Made by a program: the position numbers and the translations under genes
Origin: Phoronis australis
Taxonomy: Eukaryota > Animalia > Phoronida
Reading direction: 5' to 3'
NCBI GenBank assembly: GCA_002633005.1
Contig: NMRA01000430.1
Coordinates: forward strand, 275,926 to 339,925
Length of the DNA: 64,000 bases
Shown here: positions 1 through 12,175 of the stretch, piece by piece
Layout: every line of letters begins with the position of its first letter
Position numbering within the stretch: the first letter of the stretch is position 1
Notes under the pieces: model-generated
What the model was told of the DNA's origin: nothing
The model's input: only the letters and a program-made list of their open reading frames with translations
Database searches by the model: none

Positions 1-317
1 TCACTCTAGAGGTGTATTCCCAAAACATGATCGCATAATCACTTTTCAGGGTTTTAAATCAATCTATACAAGACTGGGTTAGAATCTGTTTAGCCCAAAA
101 AGCATTTAAATGCTATGTGGAGAATAATAAAACATCTGTACTAAACTGTGTTGAAAAAATGAACCCTTTTGACATTCCTTATCCACAAATTGTACCATTT
201 TTCAAGCTGCTATTTACCCAAACTCTTTTTAGAACCGTCATGTAACAATATAAGCTTGGTCTGGTACAAACAATGTTGTTTTTGGCCAAATTAGTAGCAA
301 AAATCACAAGTACTCAC

Positions 318-524
318 ATGAAAATTGGCATTGGATTTGGATACTAGTCTGATGTCAATCTTCATGTGTGTGCTCGTGATTAGACTCTTGATCTTGTACT
401 GTTCCTTACTGAGATTACATGTGGTATATTGGCTTCGGTTGAACGGATAGTTTCTTATTGCTTAAGACCTGGTGCAATAACCATGGCTTTGAGCAATAAC
501 AAAGTTTGAATTCTTCCAAGTCCA
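318..524 (-). CDS. Candidate exon carrying the start codon (ATG at 365; MKIDIRLVSKSNANFH...) of an unidentified gene running off the left edge
   Basis: On the minus strand a pyrimidine tract plus TTAG acceptor precedes 524 and a GTGAGT donor follows 318. ATG 365 to the donor is 16 codons. The product is not recognised. Confidence 0.35.
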
Positions 525-1197
525 CTAAGGAACAAGTTGAGACAGAGATATATACAGGGCTTGGAATTTTCCTTTTTTGTTTTATTTCCTTTTATTTGAT
601 TTCCAGCTTCTTTTTTATCATCATTTCTTGGCTTGATTCAGGCCAAAACATTTATTTCAGTTTAATTTTACAACACAAAAATATTTCTATCACACAAGCC
701 TGTTGTGAAATGATAGATCACCTGGAAAATTTTCCTCTTATAGTCATTCCAATTCCTGTGTATAGTGGTAAGTTGTTCAGATCAAAATTTATTCTTATTC
801 ACATAAGATGCATTTATAGCAACTTTAAGGGATTTAATTCGAATGAAATCTGGAAGCTAGAAGACACCATCTGATAAGCGCATTCTGAAATCAACAATTG
901 TGCTTGTACTTTCCAAGATGTTCAACACATATTGTTAGGTATAGAGATAGGGTTCATTCCACCATCCTTGGGCTTTCAGGGTACCCTCCTAAAACCATTC
1001 CAAGGGGGTACTCCCACAGGTTTATACAAGACACGACACTCAACTGGGTGATTTTTCTCAAACAATTTCTTTTCAAAATGGTGCTTGAAAAAAATCCCTA
1101 CCACAGCAAACTTTTTCCTATGAATACAACGGGTTTCACTCTGGAAGTTAAAAACACTGCAAATGGCACCTTTTTCCTACTGCAATAGGGGTTTTAA

Positions 1198-2272
1198 AGG
1201 AGAATGCCCCCCCCAAAAACAACCTATTTTGTTTCAATTTAGATCGAGTAGTTCTACTCGAAAACGGCACGTTCGGCTGCGCAACCTGACACCTGACGGC
1301 AGACGGAGGTGTTGAAATTATCCATTGACGTAATTGGTTTCACACTCAGTCTGTTCAGCAGTTCAAAACACGGGTTAGTGGTGTCGGCTTATTGCTTGAA
1401 TTCGTCGTTTAGCACCAATAAATCATCAAACTTTGATGTAAAACCCTTAAAATACACCGAGTTCTTATGAAAACGTGTTGTTTTATTTCGCTGTTACGCA
1501 TTTACTGATATTTGGGCACACCATAGCCTACAAAGTTCGGCAGGCCAATTTACCAAGGTCCGTAGCAGACGGGAGTTTGGGGTCTGTTCGGAGATGAATT
1601 CAAATATTCTTCCGTGGAATACAGACAAGAGAACCTAGATATGTATTGTTAATACTTGTGATTTTTTAGTTCTAAACACACAAAACGATTGTTATCCCGA
1701 CCAGTGGCTCGGACCCCGATGAGGCCCGTCGCGGCCGCCGGGACTGGCACGAACATAAACCAGCTTCAGTTGAAAACTAAACCTCCAGTCACGAAATTAA
1801 ATTTAACTTGATGAACGCATTAATCGTCATTATTTTGACATTTGTCTCTTTATTTTGATACCAGTCCTTAGGGTTTATTTTGCATTACTTATCTCTATTT
1901 ATAGCCTCAAGGGCCTACTTTTGTATTCATACATTTCTCTACGCGACACCTGATTGGTCGCCCATATTTCCTTTGTTCAGTTCAACGTGGTCTCTCTCAT
2001 TCAGCCATCTATCTCGTCGTCTACAAGACCTACGTTCGTTCTCAGAATTTTTTGTTTGCATTCGTTTCCTTTTGACCCTTGACCCCTTACTCCGTTCGGG
2101 CGCGACGCTCTGCCACTTCTCGTTCCTCTGCTTTACTTCGTCCTTTTCGAGGTAAGTCCCGTTTTTGATTTTAACCAACCTTTTCATTCACGTTATACCC
2201 CATGTCGCCCGATGTAGGTATAGACCTATTAAGACGGTAAAAATGACTAATTAAATCGGGTGGCATTCTCCT
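1198..2272. mobile_element. Non-autonomous TTAA-targeting DNA transposon (Kolobok-type termini)
   Basis: TTAA|AGGAGAATGCCCCCC ... GGGTGGCATTCTCCT|TTAA: 15-bp TIR and TTAA TSD. It shares about 590 bp of the left arm and the right end with the copy at 23992-25684. Confidence 0.8.
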
Positions 2273-4865
2273 TTAATACGATAACTGTATTTTAAAACCT
2301 TGGACTAGACTCATTTTTGACAACAGGAATCTCTGAACCGACTTCTTCAAGCTTAATGGGTGAAAAAGACACAGCTGTCCAAGAATTACTACGAAATGAT
2401 TCATTTGTTAGCCTTAGCTCTTATAAAACGATTGTGCATTTGAAACATTAGGCTACAATTTTATTGAAATCCAAACCTCAGACCACAAACACAATGTTTT
2501 TTAGCCACTGTCTAAATGGGTGGAGATTCTTCTAGTACTGGATTATGCACAAAACTAAAGCCGGGTTAGGGCCCATTTGGAACACCTCTCGGGTATTTTC
2601 GTAGCTGGAGCACCTCGGCTATTTTCCAATTTACATGTACAAATTTTTCTTAGAAACACTTCAGGTATTTTCGTAGCCTCAAACATCCTCTCGGAGATGA
2701 ACGTTATCCAAAATATGGCAAGTCACGTGATTTTCAATCTTGACAGTAATAGGCAAACTGAAGTCCGCACACATGCAGAGAGCATTCACCTATTTGGTGA
2801 AATTTGTGGTTACGAAAACACCCGAGGTGTTCTGGATGCCCTTGGAAGTTAATGTTTTCAGTGCATGCTCGAACTTTATGGTCAATCATTCTCCACTAAG
2901 TTTGATAATCACGCAGGTTAAATTCACCTCCAATGAGAAAATTGAGGCCCCGAATATACTCAAGTTGATCTGAATGGCTTAGGACCCTCAAGTTGTGCGG
3001 GGTCCCACCTCAAAAAGGGAAATGGGGAAGAACAAATTAGTATTTCAACGAGGTGGGAGGTGTAGCTTGAGAATTGTGGCTACCTGGAGGGTCGAAAATT
3101 GTGGTGTTCTAGGGGTTGAATACTGTGTAGGCTGCGAAGTGGTGGAAATTGGGTGCCAGCAGTATCTACTGTGACATACACAGACGGGAAAGGGGGGGGC
3201 AAGGGGCCATGGTTCTGCCTAAAATTCTCCCAGATTGGCAGTTGGGGGTGAAAATGTCTGACGGGCAAAATACTCTGCCCTTGCCCCTACCCCCTAACTC
3301 AAAATCCTGGATCATCTCCTGCTGTAAGATCTTACAGCAGGGGAGGATCCAGGATTTCGGGACGTTTTCATTTCATAAAAAGCATTCAAACAATGAAANT
3401 ATTGCAAGATTGCGGATGGAAAAGTGTCCTGTAGCAGACCCCAACCAACCTCGAGGGTCTGTGCAGGAGACTACGTTCGTTCTCAGAATTTTTTGTTTGC
3501 ATTCGTTTCCTTTTGACCCTTGACCCCTTACTCCGTTCGGGTGCGACGCTCTGCCACTTCTCGTTCCTTTGCTTTACTTTGTCCTTTTCGAGGTAAGTCC
3601 CGTTTTTGATTTTAACCAACCTTTTCATTCACGTTATACCCCATGTCGCCCGATGTAGGTATAGACCGATTAAGACGGTAAAAAAGACTAATTAAATCGG
3701 GTGGCATTCTCCTTTAATACGATAACTGTATTTTAAAACCTTTGACACTAGACTCATTTTTGACAACAGGAATCTCTGAACCGAATTCTTCAAGCTTAAT
3801 GGGTGAAAAAGACAAAGCTGTCCAAGAATTACTACGAAATGATTCATTTGTTAGCATTAGCTCTTATAAAAAGATTGTGCATTTGAAACATAAGGCTACA
3901 ATTTTATTGAAGTCCAAACCTCAGACCACAAACACAATGTTTTTTTAGCCACTGTCTAAATGGGTGGAGATTCTTCTAGTACTGGATTATGCACAAAACT
4001 AAAGCCGGGTTAGGGCCCATTTGGAACACCTCTCGGGTATTTTCGTAGCTACAAATTTACCCTCGTAACATCTGGAGCACCTCGGCTATTTTCCTATTTA
4101 CATGTACAAATTTTTCTTAGAAACACTTCAGGTATTTTCGTAGCCTCAAATATCCTCTCGGGGATGAACGGTATCCAAAATATGGCAAGTCACGTGATTT
4201 TCAATCTTGACAGTAATAGGCAAACTGAAGTCCGCACACATGCAGAGAGCATTCACCTATTAGGTGAAATTTGTGGTTACGAAAACACCCGAGGTGTTCT
4301 GGATGCCCTTGGAAGTTAATGTTTTCAGTGTATGCTCGAACTTTATGATCAATCATTCTCCACTAAGTTTGATAATCACGCAGGTTAAATTCACCTCCAA
4401 TGAGAAAATTGAGGCCCCGAATATACTCAAGTTGATCTGAATGGCTTAAGACCCTCAAGTAGTGCGGGGTCCCACCTCAAAAAGGGAAATGGGGAAGAAC
4501 AAATTAGTATTTCAACGAGGTGAGAGGTGTAGCTTGAGAATTGTGGCTACCTGGAGGGTCGAAAATTGTGGTGTTCTAGGGGGTGAATACTGTGTAGGCT
4601 GCGAAGTGGTGGAAATTGGGTGCCAGCAGTATCTACTGTAACATACACAGACGGGAAAGGGGGGGGCAAGGGGCCATGGTTCTGCCTAAAATTCTCCCAG
4701 ATTGGCAGTTGGGGGTGAAAATGTCTGACGGGCAAAATACTCTGCCCTTGCCCCTACCCCCTAACTCAAAATCCTGGATCATCTCCTGCTGTAAGATCTT
4801 ACAGCAGGGGAGGATCCAGGATTTCGGGACGTTTTCATTTCATAAAAAGCATTCAAACAATGAAA
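2030..4865. repeat. About 1.4-kb direct duplication (2030-3398 vs 3471-4865), probably uncollapsed haplotypes
   Basis: Near-identical copies with scattered SNPs and a ~24-bp indel. A single N at 3399 sits at the junction. Confidence 0.85.
2568..2842. mobile_element. MITE with imperfect TIRs (second copy about 4012-4310 in the duplication)
   Basis: Left end AGGGCCCATTTGGAACACCTCTCGGGTATTTTCGTAGC vs reverse complement of the right end AGGGCATCCAGAACACCTCGGGTGTTTTCGTAACC. Confidence 0.55.
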
Positions 4866-4985
4866 AAATGCCAAGTGAAAATAGTGAAGCCATTGTTAAT
4901 TCAGGTTTATTTTCCTAGTAAGGAATCATTAATTACATGATTTTACTACAGTTTGTTGGTAATATCACAATATATAAACAGTTAC

Positions 4986-5110
4986 CTCACCAGAGAGTTC
5001 CCCCCGACCGCAAACTCGACCCAGTCTCAAAATAACTTTTACTCTCGCGACACCTAGCGACCTGATAACGTAATACCGGATGTCAGCATGCGCAGAGCAA
5101 ACTTCCTGGT
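4986..5110 (-). promoter_or_regulatory. Candidate TATA-less promoter and non-coding first exon for the gene above
   Basis: CpG-rich patch with ETS-like motifs (CCGGATGT, ACTTCCTG) and an NRF1-like motif (GCATGCGCA) at about 5075-5110. A GAG|GTAACT donor lies at 4986/4985 on the minus strand. Confidence 0.35.
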
Positions 5111-6660
5111 TAAAAATTGCCAGCTGACAGCCAATGAAAACCATCGTTCTAGTGCGCTGTACCTGAGCCTTCACAAGCAATCCGTGACGTCAACTTGTGA
5201 GGTTATAGCTAGCCTCAGAAAGTTCGATGTTGACCTAGGTCTAAACTTCTCTGCAACCCACTGTCAGGGGATGAAAACAATTCAAAGTCCGCCTCTCAAA
5301 ATAGGACTTGCTTTGCTGGAATGTAGAACTGCGGTCATGGGAGTGTATTCACCTCCTGATTGCGAAGCGATCGAGTGTTGGTATCTTAATCAGCGCGTGC
5401 TCTCACCGGCAGGTCACCGGTTTATCCACCAGCGCTCGACTCTGAAATATCTTTTTCACGTCATCCCGGATCACTTTAAAACAAGGTCTCATTTTGTAAC
5501 CCAAAACGGTAATTGAAATACAGTACACATAATCATATTAAATAATGTGTGGCTTATTGAAATAGGTCTATACTGGTATCATTTTTGTTATTATAGTATA
5601 ATTGATTTGAGAACCAAAGGCTTCTTACAAAATTTGTGTTTAGAACAAGGGCCATTCAGTATCTGAATGAGATTCCATGGTGTGGGTGGGTGACGTGCCG
5701 ATTGAAAGGGTAATTTTTACCAATTTTGGCATCAAATTGGGAAAGGTTTTTGTCGAGTTTGGGCCTGAATTGATAGGATATGGTTTTCTCTAAATTTTGT
5801 ATTGACAGGTTTATTTTTTCAAAATTCGATCACTGTTGCTTTGAATAAGAAATAAATAACTGTTTATTCAGTGGGTATTCTTTTGAGTATTCATTCTGTA
5901 AGCCTCTCTGGTATTGAATTCAAGCACCCCTTTGAGTCACGTTTTGAAACGAGTCACTTTATTCCTGTCACTATAAGTAATGGGTGGCTTATTGAAAAGG
6001 GTTCATGGAGGCACACTAGTGCTCATTTCTCCTGACGAATATCCTGGTCGCAAAATTTTCTTAAACCTCTTAAAATGTAATTGCATGCTCCTGACTGTGC
6101 TAATGTATTACAGGAACTAAACAACAATGCTTTTTGAATATCAAAAAGTGCAGCTGTATTCACTGACACGTTGTCAATGTGAAAACAAAAAAATCTGCAA
6201 CTAGGTGACCTTTTCACTAATGACATACCTCACGGGCTCAAATAGCACCATGTCACGATACTTACTGGATATGGCGGATCATTTTCGCTACAAAACTTTT
6301 TCTTAAAAACATAAGACAATTTTCAACCAACTTCATATGCACAATGTTTCTCAATAATTTGGCCTAGCAATCACATAGATAAGGAAGTTACTCACAAATT
6401 CAGATATACATGACCTCAGAAAACAAAAACTATTCTACAAGTGAAAATTGCTAACGTACAAGCTACTGTTTTACCTTAAATTGCGTACAGGCAACCTTGG
6501 CTTTTTTGAATTCCAGCTGATAGCTGCAATTACTGCAACATATGTAAAGCATCGGGAAGTTATGCACATTTCAGCCTGTGTTAAGTCCAATTTGAGGACG
6601 CTGCTGGAAGTTGCATAATACAACAACAAATATAAGAGTGTTTTCATTGTTTCCTTTCAG

Positions 6661-6950
6661 ACCTACAATCTTCTATAAATTTGTGTATTCTCATTCAAAG
6701 CCTTGTGCCAGGATTTCCACACCAAACATCCAGGGTACTACATTTCTCCACTGCCGTTGAAGGGTAGTGCTGAAACTTTTTATAGCCAATACAAGTACAT
6801 ATCAAGTAGAAAGCTGACATCAGTAAATTTTCCACATGCCGTACTGACAAAGAAACGGCAGAGAGGTCAGAGGTATTGTTGCAACCCATGAGATTCCACT
6901 CGGGAAAAAGCGCAAAAAAGGACTGAGGGACACAACAATGTACTGATTCA
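6661..6950 (+). pseudogene. Decayed last exon of a DDE transposase-like gene (P-element/THAP9-like C-terminal catalytic region)
   Basis: TTTCAG acceptor at 6660, then TYNLL*ICVFSFKALCQDFHTKHPGYYISPLPLKGSAETFYSQYKYISSRKLTSVNF. The GSAETFYSQ segment resembles the catalytic-Glu helix of P-like transposases (recognised by eye). It contains a stop and frameshifts. Confidence 0.5.
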
Positions 6951-7308
6951 CATGACATAGTCACAGTAGTAACATGCCTACCAGTGCTCTGAATATGATA
7001 AGACTGTTACAAGTATTTTACTAGTGCCATTTTTGGTTCGAATAGCACCTCTCTGAGTGGAAATATACGGTGTACTTTGCATTATGTTGACTGATTTTGT
7101 TGTTTAACATTAGCTAAGTTAATGTGATATCATAATGGTTGTGACGTTCATAGATCTGGAAAATGCAACAATGATAACTCTTAAAGTACATGTGTATTCT
7201 ATTGTGCTGTACAACACTACAAGGACAATTGTTACACAAATTTAGAAACAGACCACAGAAAGTTATTTGGACAATTTGAGCAAATGATGCGATACATATC
7301 AATTTAAT

Positions 7309-9884
7309 TCACGTTTTATTAACTGCTACCTGACGATAAAGTTTATCACGCAAACCCACGTCGCCTTTCGTTCGCATGCTTCTGCCTTCAAAGCTTCTTC
7401 CTGCCTCTCCTCTGAGGAAACCCTCAATATGTGCATTGGTATATTTACGACAGGAATTGTTCTTACAAAGTCGCCAATCACATGTACATCGAAAATGTAG
7501 GGCTTGACTTTGTAATTGTCACACCCATTGTCACCAACTCTATATCATCTTTTACCTTGGATTGTATAATCTGCAAAGGGGAACATGGCAAAAGTTAAAG
7601 TGAGAGAGGGGTATCTAGAGGCACACAATTAGGATGTTTAGTGATGATGTATCGGCAACACGATTTGGACCCACAAGCAGGACTAGTGAACATAACAGGT
7701 CATTCCGAAATCTAACACTACTTGGAAACCCCAAAACTTTAAATCTCATTTCTAAGTCAAGCACTACTGTGACAGTCTTGATATTCTAGTGAATGTATAT
7801 GTTCACTCTTTTACCACCTAGTCTCACATAACCTAGCATAAGGATGCAGGGAAAAGTTGAATTGCGGCATGATTTAATCTCTTATCTTAAAACTGTTATA
7901 TACTCACCTTTACAATTTTGTGTCTATGGTTACCAATGAACTCTTGTCGAATGGAACTATCCAGCTTGCTCAGAAATGGCAAGAAGGAATGGTGTAGGTA
8001 CAGTAAATTACCTCAATCTCTGCACTTTTGCTTAATGGAAGAAGGATGCCAAGCCTAGATAGAAAAACAGAAGTTAGGAAATCACAAGAACCACACTGAA
8101 CTAGTACTGTAGAACTAAAACTGAAAGTTCGTTCATTGAGAACATTGTACTTTTTCAATAAAAACTTTCTTTAAGGTCCTTTCATCCTGAAGGCATATTC
8201 ATGTGCAAGCATGCTTCACTTAAAGTCAAGTCATGCACTTAAATGGGTGTTTTGTACATATCCTTTGTCTATTTTAGTACTTAGTACTTAAATATGCAAT
8301 TTAAACAAAAGTTGCATTTTGGTACAAACAAGTCAAACTACATACTTTAAAGATACATAGTCTCATTAAATTGTGAATATGCAAATGAAGTACTAATTTA
8401 CAAACTACCCTGGGTCTTCCCATATCAATGTACCGGAAACCATTCGAGAACCAGTTACAATTACAATATCCCAAAGGCTCGTTTTGCGAAACTATTTTTA
8501 TGCATTGTTGCCCAAATCAAATAAGGAACAGTTTTTAATATTTGAATATTTAACTATCAAATAACAACTGCATTATATTTGAAATTATTGGGGTTTTTGT
8601 ATGTTCACATTTTGTTTTTAAGCTTTCAGTTGCAGTTTTCTTTAAAACAGCAAATTGTCTCTTGTATGTCACTATGTGGTCTCCTGTGCCATTTTATTTT
8701 AAATCCATCTACATGTACTCAGCAGTCTGTAGCACACCCTTGACAAAGAGCGCATTGCTCAAAATGTGGGGATATTTAAATATATTTTAGTACTGACGCT
8801 CGTCGTTTTAGTTTTACTATTTAAAATTATTTACCAATTGTTTCTTTTTCTGTACACACATTTCTCCATGAAGTCATTAGGTGGTAGTTGCTAAAATTCA
8901 AATCTTCATGGTATTAACGAGACGTGGCATCTTTAAAATATGTCTATGTTCAGCTTGTCCCGAAATCAAAAGAAACCTGTGATTCGCATACTGTTTTATT
9001 GGGAAACTAATCATGGACATTGCTTTGCTTTCAATCACTGAGAAAGTCACCTGCTTTGCAATGAGGGTCATTAGAGTGAACTGAGGAAAGTTTGCAACAA
9101 TTCAGTTTTGACAATAACATGAAATGATGAGAGTCATGTGACCATTGATACAAAACAAAGGACATGAATAATTTTATAACTCCCAATCTCATCACTTTAT
9201 TCCCAGGAAATCAAAATAAAACGTAATTACTTCTTTTTGATCGACATCTGCAGAAATGGTCACAGCAGCCAGAAATTTTTTTTCTCAGATTGTATGGTGC
9301 ATCACCCCTGTTCTTCTTGTATGTACGGTACATCTCTCCAATACAACCACCTGCCAGTACGTGTAAACCCCAATCAGGTGAGGCTGGGGTGGGAGTCCAG
9401 AGGTACGACTAATTAAACTGGGGCCGGGAAAAAGATTCCGTCTACTTGTGACACTGGTGCTTTCAATGCTGGTAGTGGCTGCTGTACTAGCAGAGGACAC
9501 GGTGACGAAGCCAGAGGACTCGCGGTGCATATACCAAAAGTAGCATTGCACACTGCACTGCGTTGCAAGTCAGTGTAATGTTTACTCCTCAAGTCCAATT
9601 GTGGTAGCACCATATGGCCGAATAAATTTTCTGTGAACTTTCACGCAGAGCATGACCTCACTCAGTGCGCGAAACACTACGTCGGTCTCGCTCTTCGCCA
9701 CCCGTTTCCTGGCTATTCGATCCGCAATATTCCGCTTTAGTTCATGGAAGAGGCCGTACAACTACTCAAATATTACTTCACTAAACGGAGCCGAGACAAA
9801 CGTGTCCCACAGAAGTTCCCTTGCTGGATAAAATCCGTCACAATGAGATTCTTTTGTCACAAAATCCCGTTATAACAATGCCAT
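7309..9884 (-). pseudogene. Decayed multi-exon gene convergent with the transposase remnant
   Basis: Exon 8054-7908 (AG..GTGAGT, 147 nt) reads AWHPSSIKQKCRD*GNLLYLHHSFLPFLSKLDSSIRQEFIGNHRHKIVK. Exon 7570-7309 reads IIQSKVKDDIELV...(frameshift)KYTNAHIEGFLRGEAGRSFEGRSMRTKGDVGLRDKLYRQVAVNKT*. A 5' segment from ATG 9884 reads MALL*RDFVTKESHCDGFYPARELLWDTF... with stops. Confidence 0.5.
8737..8771 (+). other. Degenerate hammerhead-like motif (Penelope/Neptune-type remnant)
   Basis: CCC-TTGACAA-A-GAGC-GCATT-GCTC-AAAA-TGT-GGGG: stem I (CCC/GGG) and stem II (GAGC/GCTC) are present, the core is mutated. Confidence 0.35.
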
Positions 9885-10957
9885 TTCGATATAAGAACTG
9901 ACGAGAATCTCGAAAACTCCCATTTACAGCATGCAAATTTGATATGCTAATGAGGGAGGACTTGACTACTGCGCCATTTATACATCGACGGAAAAGCTTA
10001 CCCGTGACTGCGTGTGGGAAATTGCGATTGCGTGCGCTGAAGTCGATATTTTCAAAGTACAATTACACCACTGTTTAAGGTTGCAAAGTGAATTTTTTTG
10101 ATATCTTTCTCTAGAAAAAGCTTCATTCTCTCTGATGAAATCATCTGTTTTCTTTTAAATGAAACTTAACTCCTGAAATTAATCCGGGGAAGGAGACCAA
10201 AAACGGCGGTTTAGCTAGTTGTCCCTTCCTGGTTATCTCTTCCTGCTAGAACTTATGTAAAGGGCGTATGTCGTGTTTAGCGGATGATTTGAGGAATTTG
10301 TTGACAACAATTGCCAGGAAACTGATTTACTTGTGTTTTTGAATGAGAAAAGACAAGTTTTTACCTACTTTTGATGTAACCTGGTGGCTGTCATTTGCTA
10401 TCAACCTCTGTCGTCTGCCGTCCCAGAAACCGGGTGCGATTTCAGGTGGCTGTCAGACAGATCAAATTTGCCAAATAAGTAGCCGGAAAGGGGCTTACTA
10501 TGACCACTCGTTTAGAATCTAGATAGTACGAACATTCCGAATCGGTAGTCAGACTTTTTCCAGCACTTGCAAGGAAATAGAACCTTCTAGGAAATAACTG
10601 TCAAATTTTTGGTAATATATTTTTCCGATGTATATTAACCGATCAAAAACCTCCACAGTTCGATAGAGTTTTCAACGGACTTTCATTTTCTCTAATGTCC
10701 CCGGCCCCACGCCTAAGTCGGTTGCCACAGTTTAACCCTGACACCTGAATTTTTTGGGGGGAACAACTCCCCCCCGGACCCCGCTACTATACTGATGTTG
10801 TACCCGTGTGTATGATATTACTGGGTAATAGTTGATCTATAACTCATTCGTCGTTGCCGTATAAAAGCTCATTTTTTGATCTCATCGGTAGTTAGTTCTC
10901 TACCAGAACACTCCGAACTCATCATTTGAAATCTGATAGGAATTTGAAGTGTCACTA

Positions 10958-12175
10958 ATGGCTGTGAACGCGAGTAACTTAACCGACTACAGCTTGGACG
11001 CTGCTTACCGAGAGGTTTGGTTAGCGAGCTGCAGAACGGCTAATGTGTTTTATGGAACAATATCGTCGTTAGCGTGCTTGCTCAACATTGTAGCTCTCGG
11101 AGTTATTTTGTGTTCCAAGATATCAGAGGCTGCTACATTTTACCTCATTAATCTCGTCATCGTCGACTTGATAACGCCAGCTTTACAAATCACTCTTGTT
11201 GTAATTGACCCCGATTGTTACTATACTTACAGATTCAGGTTTTCTCTTGATACAAATCTTACATTTGATATCGTGTTTCGGTCGCTGAGTGATTGCCTGC
11301 AATGTGTTGCTTTTTACGGATACTTGCTGAACGCCGTGTTCATGATCTTGGATAGGTTTGTTGCTACCTGGCAGCCGTTTTCTTACCAGCGTCTCGTCAC
11401 CAAAAGGCGCGTCGCGCTTAGTATCGTGTGCGTTTGGTTTCTGTCCGTCGTCATGGGATTCTTGCCTTATATAATCAGTTTGGCATCCCTTGAGCAACTA
11501 AAGACATCTCGTTATACTCATAACATGACGTTAATGGAGGTGTTCTTTGTTGATTTGTATACTGGTAATATGCATACAAGCTTACAAGTTTTGTTTTTTA
11601 CTGCTTGTGTAATATTTTGTTGGATACTATTTGTATATGTCGTAATATTTCGTGCCATCAGACGTCATCACAAGTTCTTGCAACTCACTCATCAGCAGAG
11701 CAAAGGTATATTGAAGGGAGCAGTCACTTCCGCCTTAATTGTGGGATCCTATGCATTGTGTTGGCTGCCATTCGGTATAACGGGGATCGTCATGAGCTAT
11801 GACTCCAGTGGTGTTGACGTTAAGACATATGCCACACTGACTCAGTGGAAGGTTGCCAATTTTGGGCTCGTCTTACTGAATTCTGTGTGCGATCCTATCA
11901 TTTATATTATGATAAACACAAAATTCAGATCATCTCTCGTGAGAGGGCTGAAGGTGTGTGGTTGTGACTGTCAGCGGCGAGCCAACAGACGGCGCTCTTC
12001 CTCCAGTAATAGACTAACGTTGTCGACAACTTTTGGCCATGGTAGACGGCAGCAGACACGCTCAGCTGATTTAGTCATTGCGGAACAATGTGAGGAGATG
12101 TCTGTGAGGAATTCGCATCATCGGTCTCAAGGCGAGCAACCTTTACCATGGACCGTTGAACACTTACCACTTTAG
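10958..12175 (+). CDS. Class A (rhodopsin-like) GPCR with an intronless CDS, about 405 aa, orphan
   Basis: Seven hydrophobic segments; N-terminal NAS/NLT glycosylation sequons; TM2 NLVIVDL, TM3 DRF, TM4 W, TM6 CWLP, TM7 NSVCDPIIY; CGCDC in the tail. The first ATG is at 10958 (the ORF track starts at an upstream GTG). Confidence 0.92.
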   Translation: MAVNASNLTDYSLDAAYREVWLASCRTANVFYGTISSLACLLNIVALGVILCSKISEAATFYLINLVIVDLITPALQITLVVIDPDCYYTYRFRFSLDTNLTFDIVFRSLSDCLQCVAFYGYLLNAVFMILDRFVATWQPFSYQRLVTKRRVALSIVCVWFLSVVMGFLPYIISLASLEQLKTSRYTHNMTLMEVFFVDLYTGNMHTSLQVLFFTACVIFCWILFVYVVIFRAIRRHHKFLQLTHQQSKGILKGAVTSALIVGSYALCWLPFGITGIVMSYDSSGVDVKTYATLTQWKVANFGLVLLNSVCDPIIYIMINTKFRSSLVRGLKVCGCDCQRRANRRRSSSSNRLTLSTTFGHGRRQQTRSADLVIAEQCEEMSVRNSHHRSQGEQPLPWTVEHLPL

